DNA of 53,991 nucleotides from an uncultured Desulfobacterales bacterium (GTDB taxonomy: Bacteria > Desulfobacterota > Desulfobacteria > Desulfobacterales > C00003060). The stretch is taken from positions 1 through 53,991 of the forward strand of contig CAZCXI010000003.1 of assembly GCA_964502635.1 (NCBI GenBank), in the 5' to 3' direction. Both the position numbers and the translations under genes were made by a program. Every line of letters begins with the position of its first letter. The stretch's first letter is position 1. Below are positions 47,301 to 53,991 of this stretch, in pieces. The notes below the pieces were generated by a model. The model was not told the DNA's origin and made no database searches. It saw nothing but the letters and a program-made list of their open reading frames with translations.

Positions 47301-48498
47301 CATTGTTTATGCCATGGGAATTACACAGCATGTGGCCGGCACCGATAACGTCAGGGCCATTGCGAACCTTGCCATGCTGTGCGGAAATGTGGGCATTGAA
47401 GGGGGCGGGGTCAATCCGCTGCGTGGCCAGAATAATGTCCAGGGCGCCTGCGATATGGGGGCCCTTCCGGATGTGCTTCCCGGCTATCAAAGGCTTTCCG
47501 ACCCGCAGATCATGGAAAAGTTTGAACGGGCCTGGAAAGTCAAGATGGCACCCGAGCCCGGCCTGACCGTCACGGAGATCTGGCCTGCCGCACTCAGGGG
47601 GAAGGTAAAAGGCGTTTACATTGTCGGCGAAAATCCGGTGGCCAGTGATCCGAATGCCAGCGAGGTGACGGCTGCATTGAAGGGATTGGATTTTTTGGTG
47701 GTGCAAGACATATTCATGACCGAGACGGGAAAACTGGCCGACGTCGTTCTTCCGGCGGCGAGCTCTGTGGAAAAGGAAGGCACCTTCACGAACACGGAAA
47801 GGCGCGTTCAGCGGGTCAGACAGGCATTTCCTCCAGTAGGACGGGCCAGGCCCGATTGGCAGATCTTCTGCGAGCTCGCCGAAAAGATGGGTTATCGAAT
47901 GGACTACGGGTCTCCCGAAGAGATCATGGAAGAAGTCGCCCGTCTCACGCCCATTTATGGCGGTATCCACTACGACCGTCTGGAAGAACAAGGCATTCAA
48001 TGGCCCTGCCCGACCCGGGAGCATCCCGGGACACCGTATCTTCACAAGGGCCGGTTTACCCGGGGCAAAGGGCTGTTTCATCCCGTGGAATTCATGCCGC
48101 CGCGTGAACTGCCGGACGAGACCTACCCCTTCATTTTTTCCACAGGGCGTGTGCGATCCCACTTCAACAGCGGTACGATGACCCGCAAGGTTCGGGACCT
48201 GAGGTTACTTTATTCGGAGCCGTTATTGGACATTCATCCAGAAGATGCCGAGGAGCTCGCCATTGGGGAAGGCTCGATGGTGAAGGTTTCGTCGCGTCGC
48301 GGCGAACTGGTAGCCCAGGCGCACCGTACGAGGAAATGTCCCAGACGGGTTGTCTTCATCCCTTTCCACTTCCCAGGGGCCGCCGCCAATCTGCTGACCG
48401 TTGATGACGTGGATCCGGTATCGAAGATACCCGAGTACAAGGTTTGCGCAGTCAAGGTGGAACCGGTGCCCGGAGCCTCCAAGGATTTGTCAGGATAG
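44368..48498 (+). CDS. fdhF: Fused formate dehydrogenase: 2Fe-2S + GltD-like FAD/NAD(P) oxidoreductase + 2[4Fe-4S] + Mo/W-bisPGD catalytic domain (Cys form)
   Basis: IPSLC..CRMCVVE..RAC; PCSLTCPAH, GRVCPHPCE, GGGPAG and GGGNSALD; CIFCLRC and CTSCGKC...CP; CAYCGCGC, DHCARLCHAST, PLRGQNNVQG and EKEGTFTNTERR. Confidence 0.93.
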   Translation: MSNKIQLKIDHQITQVEPGTSLLDASSRAGIPIPSLCQHGEHPCRMCVVEIADRKDLLRACATPAEEGMVVSTQSDRVRAHRRHILELQLSRHYGDCISPCSLTCPAHINVQGYVGLIARGRYLEALRLIKEKNPLPLSVGRVCPHPCEAMCRRILVEERVPINHLKRFVADHFLEAQETDICEPCPDTGRHVAVIGGGPAGLSAAYYLARKGHGITIFEGMPELGGMLRYAIPEYRLPKKILDQEIRNIVETGSGIQVRTGRRLGRDFTVEDLTKEGFEAFFIATGAWQTKDIGIEGENLEGVLHGLEFLKHVRTATEVHLGKRVAVIGGGNSALDVARTCLRLGAEDVTIVYRRSRLEMPAREQEVRETEAEGVKLFLVAVPSRITKKAGHLKLEVLRTWLGEPDESGRRRPIPLPGTEFVIEVDNVIAAIGQGPDLSFMSSGSRIRELAVSRNTLVVDPDTFETNTTGIFAAGDAVSGPKTVIQAIAAGRKAADSIHAYLSGKPVTPRKKEVHVIKGKNLHDVALKNFDDIQIQPAEEIPERPPDRRVRDFCEYTLDFSEDMTRQEARRCLGCGCKALSKCELRRLAAAYDVDLSVLETPKAPRYETDNSHPLIMIDSNKCIFCLRCKTHCEYQAMEVRAMEFDENDLPLDLEIRINERCTSCGKCVDSCPTGALVKKYVTLPVGSDELRQVRTVCAYCGCGCNLTFNVKDRSLVEVTSDPRHPPNFGDTCVKGRFGYDFVHHPRRLRTPLVRKGEYFVETGWDEALSLVSRKFLEFKERYGPQALAGLSSAKCTNEENYVFQKFMRAVIGTHNVDHCARLCHASTVAGLAAAFGSGAMTNSMDDIEKAHVILLTGSNPTDNHPIVDLHIRRAVTRRGAKLIVADPRNLEVVKYADVWVCPRPGTDVAWLNGLMHVIIKDGLWDKSYVKERTEGFGALRETVAKYDPESVERITGVPAKDLEKAARLYAGAEAATIVYAMGITQHVAGTDNVRAIANLAMLCGNVGIEGGGVNPLRGQNNVQGACDMGALPDVLPGYQRLSDPQIMEKFERAWKVKMAPEPGLTVTEIWPAALRGKVKGVYIVGENPVASDPNASEVTAALKGLDFLVVQDIFMTETGKLADVVLPAASSVEKEGTFTNTERRVQRVRQAFPPVGRARPDWQIFCELAEKMGYRMDYGSPEEIMEEVARLTPIYGGIHYDRLEEQGIQWPCPTREHPGTPYLHKGRFTRGKGLFHPVEFMPPRELPDETYPFIFSTGRVRSHFNSGTMTRKVRDLRLLYSEPLLDIHPEDAEELAIGEGSMVKVSSRRGELVAQAHRTRKCPRRVVFIPFHFPGAAANLLTVDDVDPVSKIPEYKVCAVKVEPVPGASKDLSG

Positions 48499-48514
48499 CA
48501 TAGGGGGATGGCGG

Positions 48515-49291
48515 CTATGGCCGAGAGGCCACCTCAGTGTAAGCATACGCGCTGTGGTTATGGATGCTTTCAAAGTTCTCGGCCTCCACACTGAACCACG
48601 TAAATCTCGCATCTTTCGTCAGCTTTTCGGTGACCTCTCTCACGACGTCTTCTACAAACATCGGGCGATTGTAAGCCTGTTCCGTGATATACTTTTCATC
48701 TTCCCTTTTCAATAAGGCGTAAACATCACTACTGGCCGAGCTCTCAACGATCTCTATAACTTCTTCAATCCAGAAGAATTCCTTGAAGAACAGTGTCACC
48801 GAGACAAGGCCCCGCTGATTATGGGCCCCCAGGCTGCTTATCTCTTTGGAGCAAGGACACAGGGTACACACAGGCACCTTGACGCAGACAAAGAGCTTAT
48901 GTTCATCGCCGTTCATCTCTCCGATGTAGTCGCAGGTGTATTCCATCAGGCTGGCCACGCCTGATACCGGCGCTTTCTTGCTGATAAAATAGGGAAAGCT
49001 TATCTCAATGTTGGCACTGCGGGCATGAAGCGTCGTCTTCACGGCCTCGAGCATTTCAAAGAAGGCCCTCAGGTTCAAGTTGCCGCAATATTCATTCAGG
49101 ACCTCTACAAACCTGCTCATGTGGGTGCCTTTAAACTTGTGGGGCAGATGCACGTACATGTTCACCGAGGCCACGGTGGCTTGAACCTTGTTGGTCCTAT
49201 CCAACACGTTGACGGGATACTTGATCCCCTTGATTCCCACCTTGTTGATATCGATCTTTCTGTGATCCGGCTGGCTTTGAACGTCCTTCAT
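48515..49291 (-). CDS. folE2: GTP cyclohydrolase IB
   Basis: DVQS, KGTHMSRF, TLCPCSKEIS..GAHNQRG, LLKREDEK, FVEDVVR and ESIHNHSA. Confidence 0.96.
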   Translation of the reverse strand: MKDVQSQPDHRKIDINKVGIKGIKYPVNVLDRTNKVQATVASVNMYVHLPHKFKGTHMSRFVEVLNEYCGNLNLRAFFEMLEAVKTTLHARSANIEISFPYFISKKAPVSGVASLMEYTCDYIGEMNGDEHKLFVCVKVPVCTLCPCSKEISSLGAHNQRGLVSVTLFFKEFFWIEEVIEIVESSASSDVYALLKREDEKYITEQAYNRPMFVEDVVREVTEKLTKDARFTWFSVEAENFESIHNHSAYAYTEVASRP

Positions 49292-49488
49292 CTCTTGTGT
49301 CCGTTCCTATGTCCGTGGGGCCGTTTTCACACCCTGGGCCGAAGTCTTAACGAAATCGTCAAGTATGTCAAATCAAATCCGAAAACATCTTGACGGTGCA
49401 ACAAATCTTGTGGGAGGATCAGCGGGCCTGTGCGAGGTCGTGGTGCGAATTCGAGATATTGTACGCTGAAAAGCGCAAGGAGGGGATC

Positions 49489-50175
49489 ATGGCACTGAAC
49501 ATTGTTGAAAAGATCGATGGATTCGTTAAGGTGAAGCATGTCCTCGTGAGTGTGTCCGACAAAGGCGGCCTGGAAAGTCTGATACCATCGCTCGTGGAAA
49601 TCAATCCGGACATCCAAATTTACTCCACAGGCGGCACCTACGCCAGGATTCAACAGATCCTGGGCGATCGGGCCGCGTCTTGTCTGACGCCTGTCAGTGA
49701 ATACACGGGCCAACCGGAAACCCAAGGAGGCCTCGTCAAGACCCTTGATTTCAAGATCTATCTTGGCCTGCTCACAGAGACTTACAACGACGCCCACCAG
49801 CAAGACCTCAAAAGGACCGGCGCCGTTCCCATAGACATGGTTGTGGTCAACCTTTATCCCTTCAAGGAAACCATATCCAGACAAGGGGTCACCGTGGAAG
49901 AGGCCAGGGGGAACATCGATATCGGGGGGCCGTGCATGATCAGGGCCTCGGCCAAGAATTTCATCCGAGTGGCCGCCGTTGTAAATCCTGAGGACTACGC
50001 AAAGATCATTTCGGAGATGCAAGTAAACCACGGCAAGCTGTCTTTGGGCCTTCGATACGAGTTGGCCCAAAAGGCCTTTGATCACACCGCCGCGTATGAC
50101 CGCCACATTGCGGACTTTCTGGCAGGCAGACCCTTTGAGGATGTCCGCTCCTGTTATCAAATGATGGAGGGTTAG
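49489..50175 (+). CDS. IMP cyclohydrolase domain (N-terminal half of a split PurH)
   Basis: LVSVSDKGGL, STGGT, VSEYTG.PE..GGLVKTL, IDMVVVNLYPF, NIDIGGP.MIRASAKN and AF.HTAAYD. Confidence 0.9.
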   Translation: MALNIVEKIDGFVKVKHVLVSVSDKGGLESLIPSLVEINPDIQIYSTGGTYARIQQILGDRAASCLTPVSEYTGQPETQGGLVKTLDFKIYLGLLTETYNDAHQQDLKRTGAVPIDMVVVNLYPFKETISRQGVTVEEARGNIDIGGPCMIRASAKNFIRVAAVVNPEDYAKIISEMQVNHGKLSLGLRYELAQKAFDHTAAYDRHIADFLAGRPFEDVRSCYQMMEG

Positions 50176-50179
50176 TATC

Positions 50180-51430
50180 ATGGTTGAAGATCTCAAGAAA
50201 ATGTACCGGACCGTCATGGATGACCACTTTTCCCCCCACATGGAAATCGCCTTTGTGGATAGCGATAAGCGTCAGACGCTTTTCTACGAAAAGGTGGCCT
50301 GGGTGGTCGATGATGTGCAAAAGGGCCTCAGGTACGGGGAAAACCCCGGGCAGGAGGCTGCCTTGTACAGGCTGGTGAATGGGAACCTGATCCTGGGGGA
50401 TACCCAGATGATTCAGCCCGGCAGATATCTCGCCTCGGATATCGAACTCCTTCAATCAGGCAAACACCCGGGCAAGACCAACCTCACGGACGCGGACAAT
50501 TCCCTGAACATCCTGAGATACTTTACGGGCAGGCCGACGGTGGTGATCGTAAAGCACAACAATCCTTGCGGGGTCGCGCGGGCCGAGTCCCTGGAGGAGG
50601 CCTACATCAAGGCGAACATGGCAGACCGCGTGGCCGCCTTTGGCGGCTGCATTTGCCTGAACCAGCCGGTGGACAAGGCCACGGCAGAGGCCATCAGCCA
50701 ACAATACGCCGAGGTGGTGGTGGCCCCGGATTTTGAGGCGGGCGTCATGGATATCTTTGCCAAAAAAAGGAATCTCCGCGTCATCAGGATTGCTAATATC
50801 AGTCGTCTGCAAACCTTTGTGGGCGAGCGGGTCGTCGAATTCAAGGCCCTCGTTGACGGCGGCTTGATTGCCCAATGGTCTTTTGTCCCGCAAGCAAGGA
50901 CCAAGAAGGATCTAAAACTGGCAGAATGCGAATACAATGGGAAAACCTACCGTATCGAGAGGGAGCCAACGGAACAGGAGTATCAGGATCTGCTCTTTGG
51001 TTGGCTGGTGGAATCCGGGGTTACATCCAATTCGGTCATATATGTTAAGAATGAGGTTACCGTGGGGATCGGAACCGGTGAGCAGGATCGGGTTGGCGTG
51101 GCTGAGATTGCCAGGGACAAGGCCTACCGCAAGCTTGCAGACCGGTATTGTTTTGAAAGACTAGGGATGGCTTACAATGAACTTGCCGACGAGGCGAAAA
51201 AAAGAGAGATCGATGACCGGGTAGCCGAGGAAAAGGGTGGCCTTATCGGCGCTGCCATGGTCAGTGATGCCTTTTTTCCCTTCCGGGACGGGGTGGATGT
51301 GGGGCTCCGGGAAGGGGTCTCTGCCGTCATCCACCCCGGTGGCTCGCTGAACGACTACCAGTCCATTGAGGCTTGCAACGAGGCCGGCGCCACCATGGTG
51401 TGTACCGGCCAGAGAAGCTTCAAACATTAG
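50180..51430 (+). CDS. AICAR formyltransferase domain (C-terminal half of a split PurH)
   Basis: [51 protein letters not shown] and R.FKH. Confidence 0.88.
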   Translation: MVEDLKKMYRTVMDDHFSPHMEIAFVDSDKRQTLFYEKVAWVVDDVQKGLRYGENPGQEAALYRLVNGNLILGDTQMIQPGRYLASDIELLQSGKHPGKTNLTDADNSLNILRYFTGRPTVVIVKHNNPCGVARAESLEEAYIKANMADRVAAFGGCICLNQPVDKATAEAISQQYAEVVVAPDFEAGVMDIFAKKRNLRVIRIANISRLQTFVGERVVEFKALVDGGLIAQWSFVPQARTKKDLKLAECEYNGKTYRIEREPTEQEYQDLLFGWLVESGVTSNSVIYVKNEVTVGIGTGEQDRVGVAEIARDKAYRKLADRYCFERLGMAYNELADEAKKREIDDRVAEEKGGLIGAAMVSDAFFPFRDGVDVGLREGVSAVIHPGGSLNDYQSIEACNEAGATMVCTGQRSFKH

Positions 51431-51477
51431 CCCTTCCGTTTACTCCAACGTTCCAACATGGGGGTTTACTCGTCTCC

Positions 51478-52761
51478 ATGATCTCTTCTGTTGACGCACA
51501 CCTGTCTGCCCTTTATCGGCTGAGACGTTTCGGCATTCAGCTCGGGCTTGCCACCATCTCCCGCCTCATGAGGGGCCTGGGGAATCCCCAGGATCAATAT
51601 CGCTGCATTCATGTGGCAGGCACCAACGGTAAGGGATCGATTGCCGCCTTCCTGTCGTCAGTCCTTGCCCATGGCGGATACAAGGTGGGCCTTTATACCT
51701 CGCCCCATCTTGTCCGGTTCAATGAACGCATCCAGATCAACGGCCGCCCCATCTCCGATGAAGATGTGGCGGAGGCTGCCGAAGCCGTCCAGCGGATCTA
51801 TACCCAAGGTGAGCCGCCCACCTTCTTTGAATGCGCCACGGCCATGGCCCTCCACCATTTTGCCCGGGCAGGAGTGGACTGGGCGGTCCTTGAGACCGGG
51901 ATGGGCGGTCGCTATGACGCCACGAACGTGGTTCATCCCGCGGTTTCAATCATTTCCAACATCAGCATTGAGCACACGGAATATCTGGGAAAGACCCTCG
52001 CCGAGATCGCTGCTGAAAAGGCGGGCATCATCAAGACCGGTGCCGGCGTGGTCACGGGCACGCGGCAGAAAAATGCGCTTCGGGTCATTGAACAGGCCGC
52101 CTCGGGAAATGGCGTGCCACTGCTCAGGCTTGGCAAGGAGATCAAGATCCGAAAGGAGCGAGATGGGTCTTTTTCCTACCTGGGGGAAAACCGACGATGG
52201 CCCAGGCTGAAAGTTGGGCTCCTGGGAGATCATCAGATAACCAATGCCGCCCTTGCCCTTGGAGCCCTGGAACTCCTCATGGACAAGGATCTGAACCTGT
52301 CGGATGAAGCCGTCTATACAGGCCTTGCCGCAGCGCGCTGGCCCGGGCGTCTTGAGGTGGTGTCAAAGGAGCCCTTGATTCTTTTAGACGGCGCCCATAA
52401 CCCGTCCGCGGTGAGGAGCCTCAAGACATTCTTGGAAAATGGCATGGCACCCCGTCGAATCATCCTGGTGCTCGGCATCCTCAAAGACAAGGCATGGAAG
52501 CCCATGCTGCGAGATCTCGCCGGCATCGCCGACCTCATGATCCTCACTAAACCGGAGTATGAACGAGCTGCCGACCCGGAGGAGCTGGGGACTTTTGTAC
52601 GACCCATCACACAGGACCTTCGTGTCATATCCCATCTGCCGGACGCCGTATCCCTTGCCCTGGACGAGGCCCGTGATGGCGACTTGGTGTGCATTACCGG
52701 CTCTCTTTATACCGTGGGTGAAGCCAGGGCTTGTCTCGAGACTCGTCATGCTGCTCGCTGA
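51478..52761 (+). CDS. folC: Folylpolyglutamate/dihydrofolate synthase
   Basis: IHVAGTNGKGS, GLYTSPHLVRFNERI, TFFE, ETGMGGRYDATN, EKAGIIK, WPGRLE, LDGAHNP and GSLYTVG. Confidence 0.96.
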   Translation: MISSVDAHLSALYRLRRFGIQLGLATISRLMRGLGNPQDQYRCIHVAGTNGKGSIAAFLSSVLAHGGYKVGLYTSPHLVRFNERIQINGRPISDEDVAEAAEAVQRIYTQGEPPTFFECATAMALHHFARAGVDWAVLETGMGGRYDATNVVHPAVSIISNISIEHTEYLGKTLAEIAAEKAGIIKTGAGVVTGTRQKNALRVIEQAASGNGVPLLRLGKEIKIRKERDGSFSYLGENRRWPRLKVGLLGDHQITNAALALGALELLMDKDLNLSDEAVYTGLAAARWPGRLEVVSKEPLILLDGAHNPSAVRSLKTFLENGMAPRRIILVLGILKDKAWKPMLRDLAGIADLMILTKPEYERAADPEELGTFVRPITQDLRVISHLPDAVSLALDEARDGDLVCITGSLYTVGEARACLETRHAAR

Positions 52762-53374
52762 TGCTTATCTGGACCGAATCGATTTTTTGAAATACCTCCC
52801 TCAAACCGACTGTGAGGCGTGCGGGGCAAAGACCTGTGAGGAATTTGTTCAGGGTTTGAAGCGCGGCGAAAAACGGCCTTCCGATTGTCCTGATATGGCC
52901 CAAAATCTTTACTATCCCTTTAAGATCGCCTTGGATGCCGATCATATCCTGCCGAAATTTGATTGTGTGACGAATCCCCGGCCCGGACCGATCGGGCTGG
53001 TGGAAATCAATCATCCCGGCGAGCAAAGTCCTCTGCTGGTCTCAGGAAACCATGTGCACACGCAAGATGTCCTCATGTCCGTTCTGAGTACGACGAGCAG
53101 CCCTTTTTGTCTCCTTTTCTCCGACACCAAGGGAAATACGGTCGATATGGCCCTCATTTTCAAGACCTTGACAGCCAAACAGATCAAACAAGACGTTCGG
53201 GCTTCAGGCGTCCTGGAAAGGATCTCCCACAGAAAGATCATCATCCCCGGACTGGCTGCCGCTGTGGGCCATGAGCTGGAAGAACTCACCGACTGGAACG
53301 TCATCGTCGGCCCCGTGTGCGCTGCAGAGCTGCCCCTTTTCTTGGCCCACAACTGGCTTCCGGCCGGCAGGTGA
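52748..53374 (+). CDS. [4Fe-4S] domain fused to an AcsC/HgcA-type corrinoid-binding-fold domain (208 aa)
   Basis: LPQTDCEACGAKTC-x16-CP (AcsC N-terminal cluster motif); GLVEINHPGEQSPLLVSGN, DTKG, HRKIIIPGLAA and W.VIVGPVCAAELP. Confidence 0.85.
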   Translation: MLLADAYLDRIDFLKYLPQTDCEACGAKTCEEFVQGLKRGEKRPSDCPDMAQNLYYPFKIALDADHILPKFDCVTNPRPGPIGLVEINHPGEQSPLLVSGNHVHTQDVLMSVLSTTSSPFCLLFSDTKGNTVDMALIFKTLTAKQIKQDVRASGVLERISHRKIIIPGLAAAVGHELEELTDWNVIVGPVCAAELPLFLAHNWLPAGR

Positions 53375-53409
53375 TTGAGGCATTGCATCTTGCGTAAGTC
53401 GGCAAAATT

Positions 53410-53432
53410 GATGGTTTCGTGAAAAGGCCATT
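53410..53432. mobile_element. Family B MITE fragment
   Basis: GATGGTTTCGTGAAAAGGCCATT, one recognisable TIR. Confidence 0.5.
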
Positions 53433-53434
53433 AA

Positions 53435-53671
53435 ATGTCCATACAGCCGAAGAAGTCATTTGCTCTTGTTGAATACACAATATGTGATCCAACCAAATGC
53501 AATCCCGATGTAGGTCTTTGTGCAGCAGTGTCGGCATGCTCGCATACGGTTATCAAACAGCTAGACGGCGTTTTTGAACCGCCGATTGTTTTTCAAGATA
53601 TGTGCCTGGGATGCTTGGACTGTGTTGAAGCCTGTCAATTAGATGCTGTTCATATGAAGCACATTGCTTAG
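53435..53671 (+). CDS. Small 2[4Fe-4S] ferredoxin-like protein
   Basis: CDPTKC......C...SAC and CLGCLDCVEAC (Cx2Cx2Cx3C). Confidence 0.8.
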   Translation: MSIQPKKSFALVEYTICDPTKCNPDVGLCAAVSACSHTVIKQLDGVFEPPIVFQDMCLGCLDCVEACQLDAVHMKHIA

Positions 53672-53936
53672 GAGTAATAGGTGCGTATTCCGGAGCATGG
53701 CGGTGGACCCTCTTAGTTGCCGCCTGCGAGTCTTGGTGGTCAGTTACAGTTTTCGTGAGGATAGTAGGGGAATCAGGATCATTTCCGCAAGGAAAGCCAC
53801 GAAAAATGAACAAAGAGCCTATTCTGGAGAAAGACGATGAAAAAAGAATACGATTTTTCACAGATGAAAGGGCGCAAGAATCCTTATGCAAAGAGGCTGA
53901 AGAAACAGGTAACCATTCGTATGGGCATCGATATCA

Positions 53937-53991
53937 TTGAACCGCGAAAGCGAGCGCATTCCCCGCAGCTTGCTGCGGGGTTAGCGAGCGT
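53937..53991 (+). mobile_element. Family A element, copy 6 (truncated by the window end)
   Basis: TTGAA|CCGCGAAAGCGAGCGCATTCCCCGCAGCTTGCTGCGGGGTTAGCGAGCG. Confidence 0.85.

Noticed and set aside
46687-48162. Long antisense ORFs (491 aa here; also 23751-24707, 49327-50241, 16048-16920, 32342-33130)
   Set aside because: Shadow frames opposite well-supported genes in GC-rich DNA, with no recognisable motifs.
52748-53374. Mercury methylase HgcA
   Set aside because: It lacks the cap-helix Cys motif and the C-terminal transmembrane region, and the downstream ferredoxin lacks the C-terminal Cys residues of HgcB.
53755-53940. Small ORF ending at the TTGAA target of copy 6
   Set aside because: Short, with no motif and an uncertain start; cannot be supported as a gene.

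Overview
Chromosomal window, probably from an anaerobic Desulfobacterota (deltaproteobacterial) genome. This is inferred from the tetraheme cytochrome c3, rubredoxin/rubrerythrin, TrpB2, FolE2, split PurH and several sigma-54 systems. About 50 protein genes are supported, mostly housekeeping or envelope functions (der, rarA, waaA, folC, uxs, MscS, OmpA). There are also an ECF-sigma cluster, an oxidative-stress cluster with a secreted Ni-SOD, a B12 radical SAM enzyme, a divergent PGK-like protein and a 1376-aa fused formate dehydrogenase. Several features are invisible in the ORF track. (1) A 71-aa glutaredoxin-like selenoprotein has two in-frame UGA codons, each followed by a SECIS-like hairpin (2164-2379, minus). 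(2) A Trp leader peptide with a six-segment attenuator precedes trpB2. (3) There is a very dense set of non-autonomous elements. Six copies of a 114-bp IS200/IS605-type element follow the guide/cleavage-site rule, and one of them splits a putative ECF promoter. Two TIR-MITE families with 6-bp and 5-bp target duplications carry the same covarying internal hairpin cassette. An 8-bp-TSD MITE carries a decayed four-helix-bundle gene. (4) A compact [4Fe-4S] + corrinoid-fold protein with a ferredoxin sits at the end of a folate/purine operon and is neither CFeSP nor HgcA. No rRNA, tRNA, CRISPR array or transposase gene was found. All calls come from reading motifs by eye; no searches were run.
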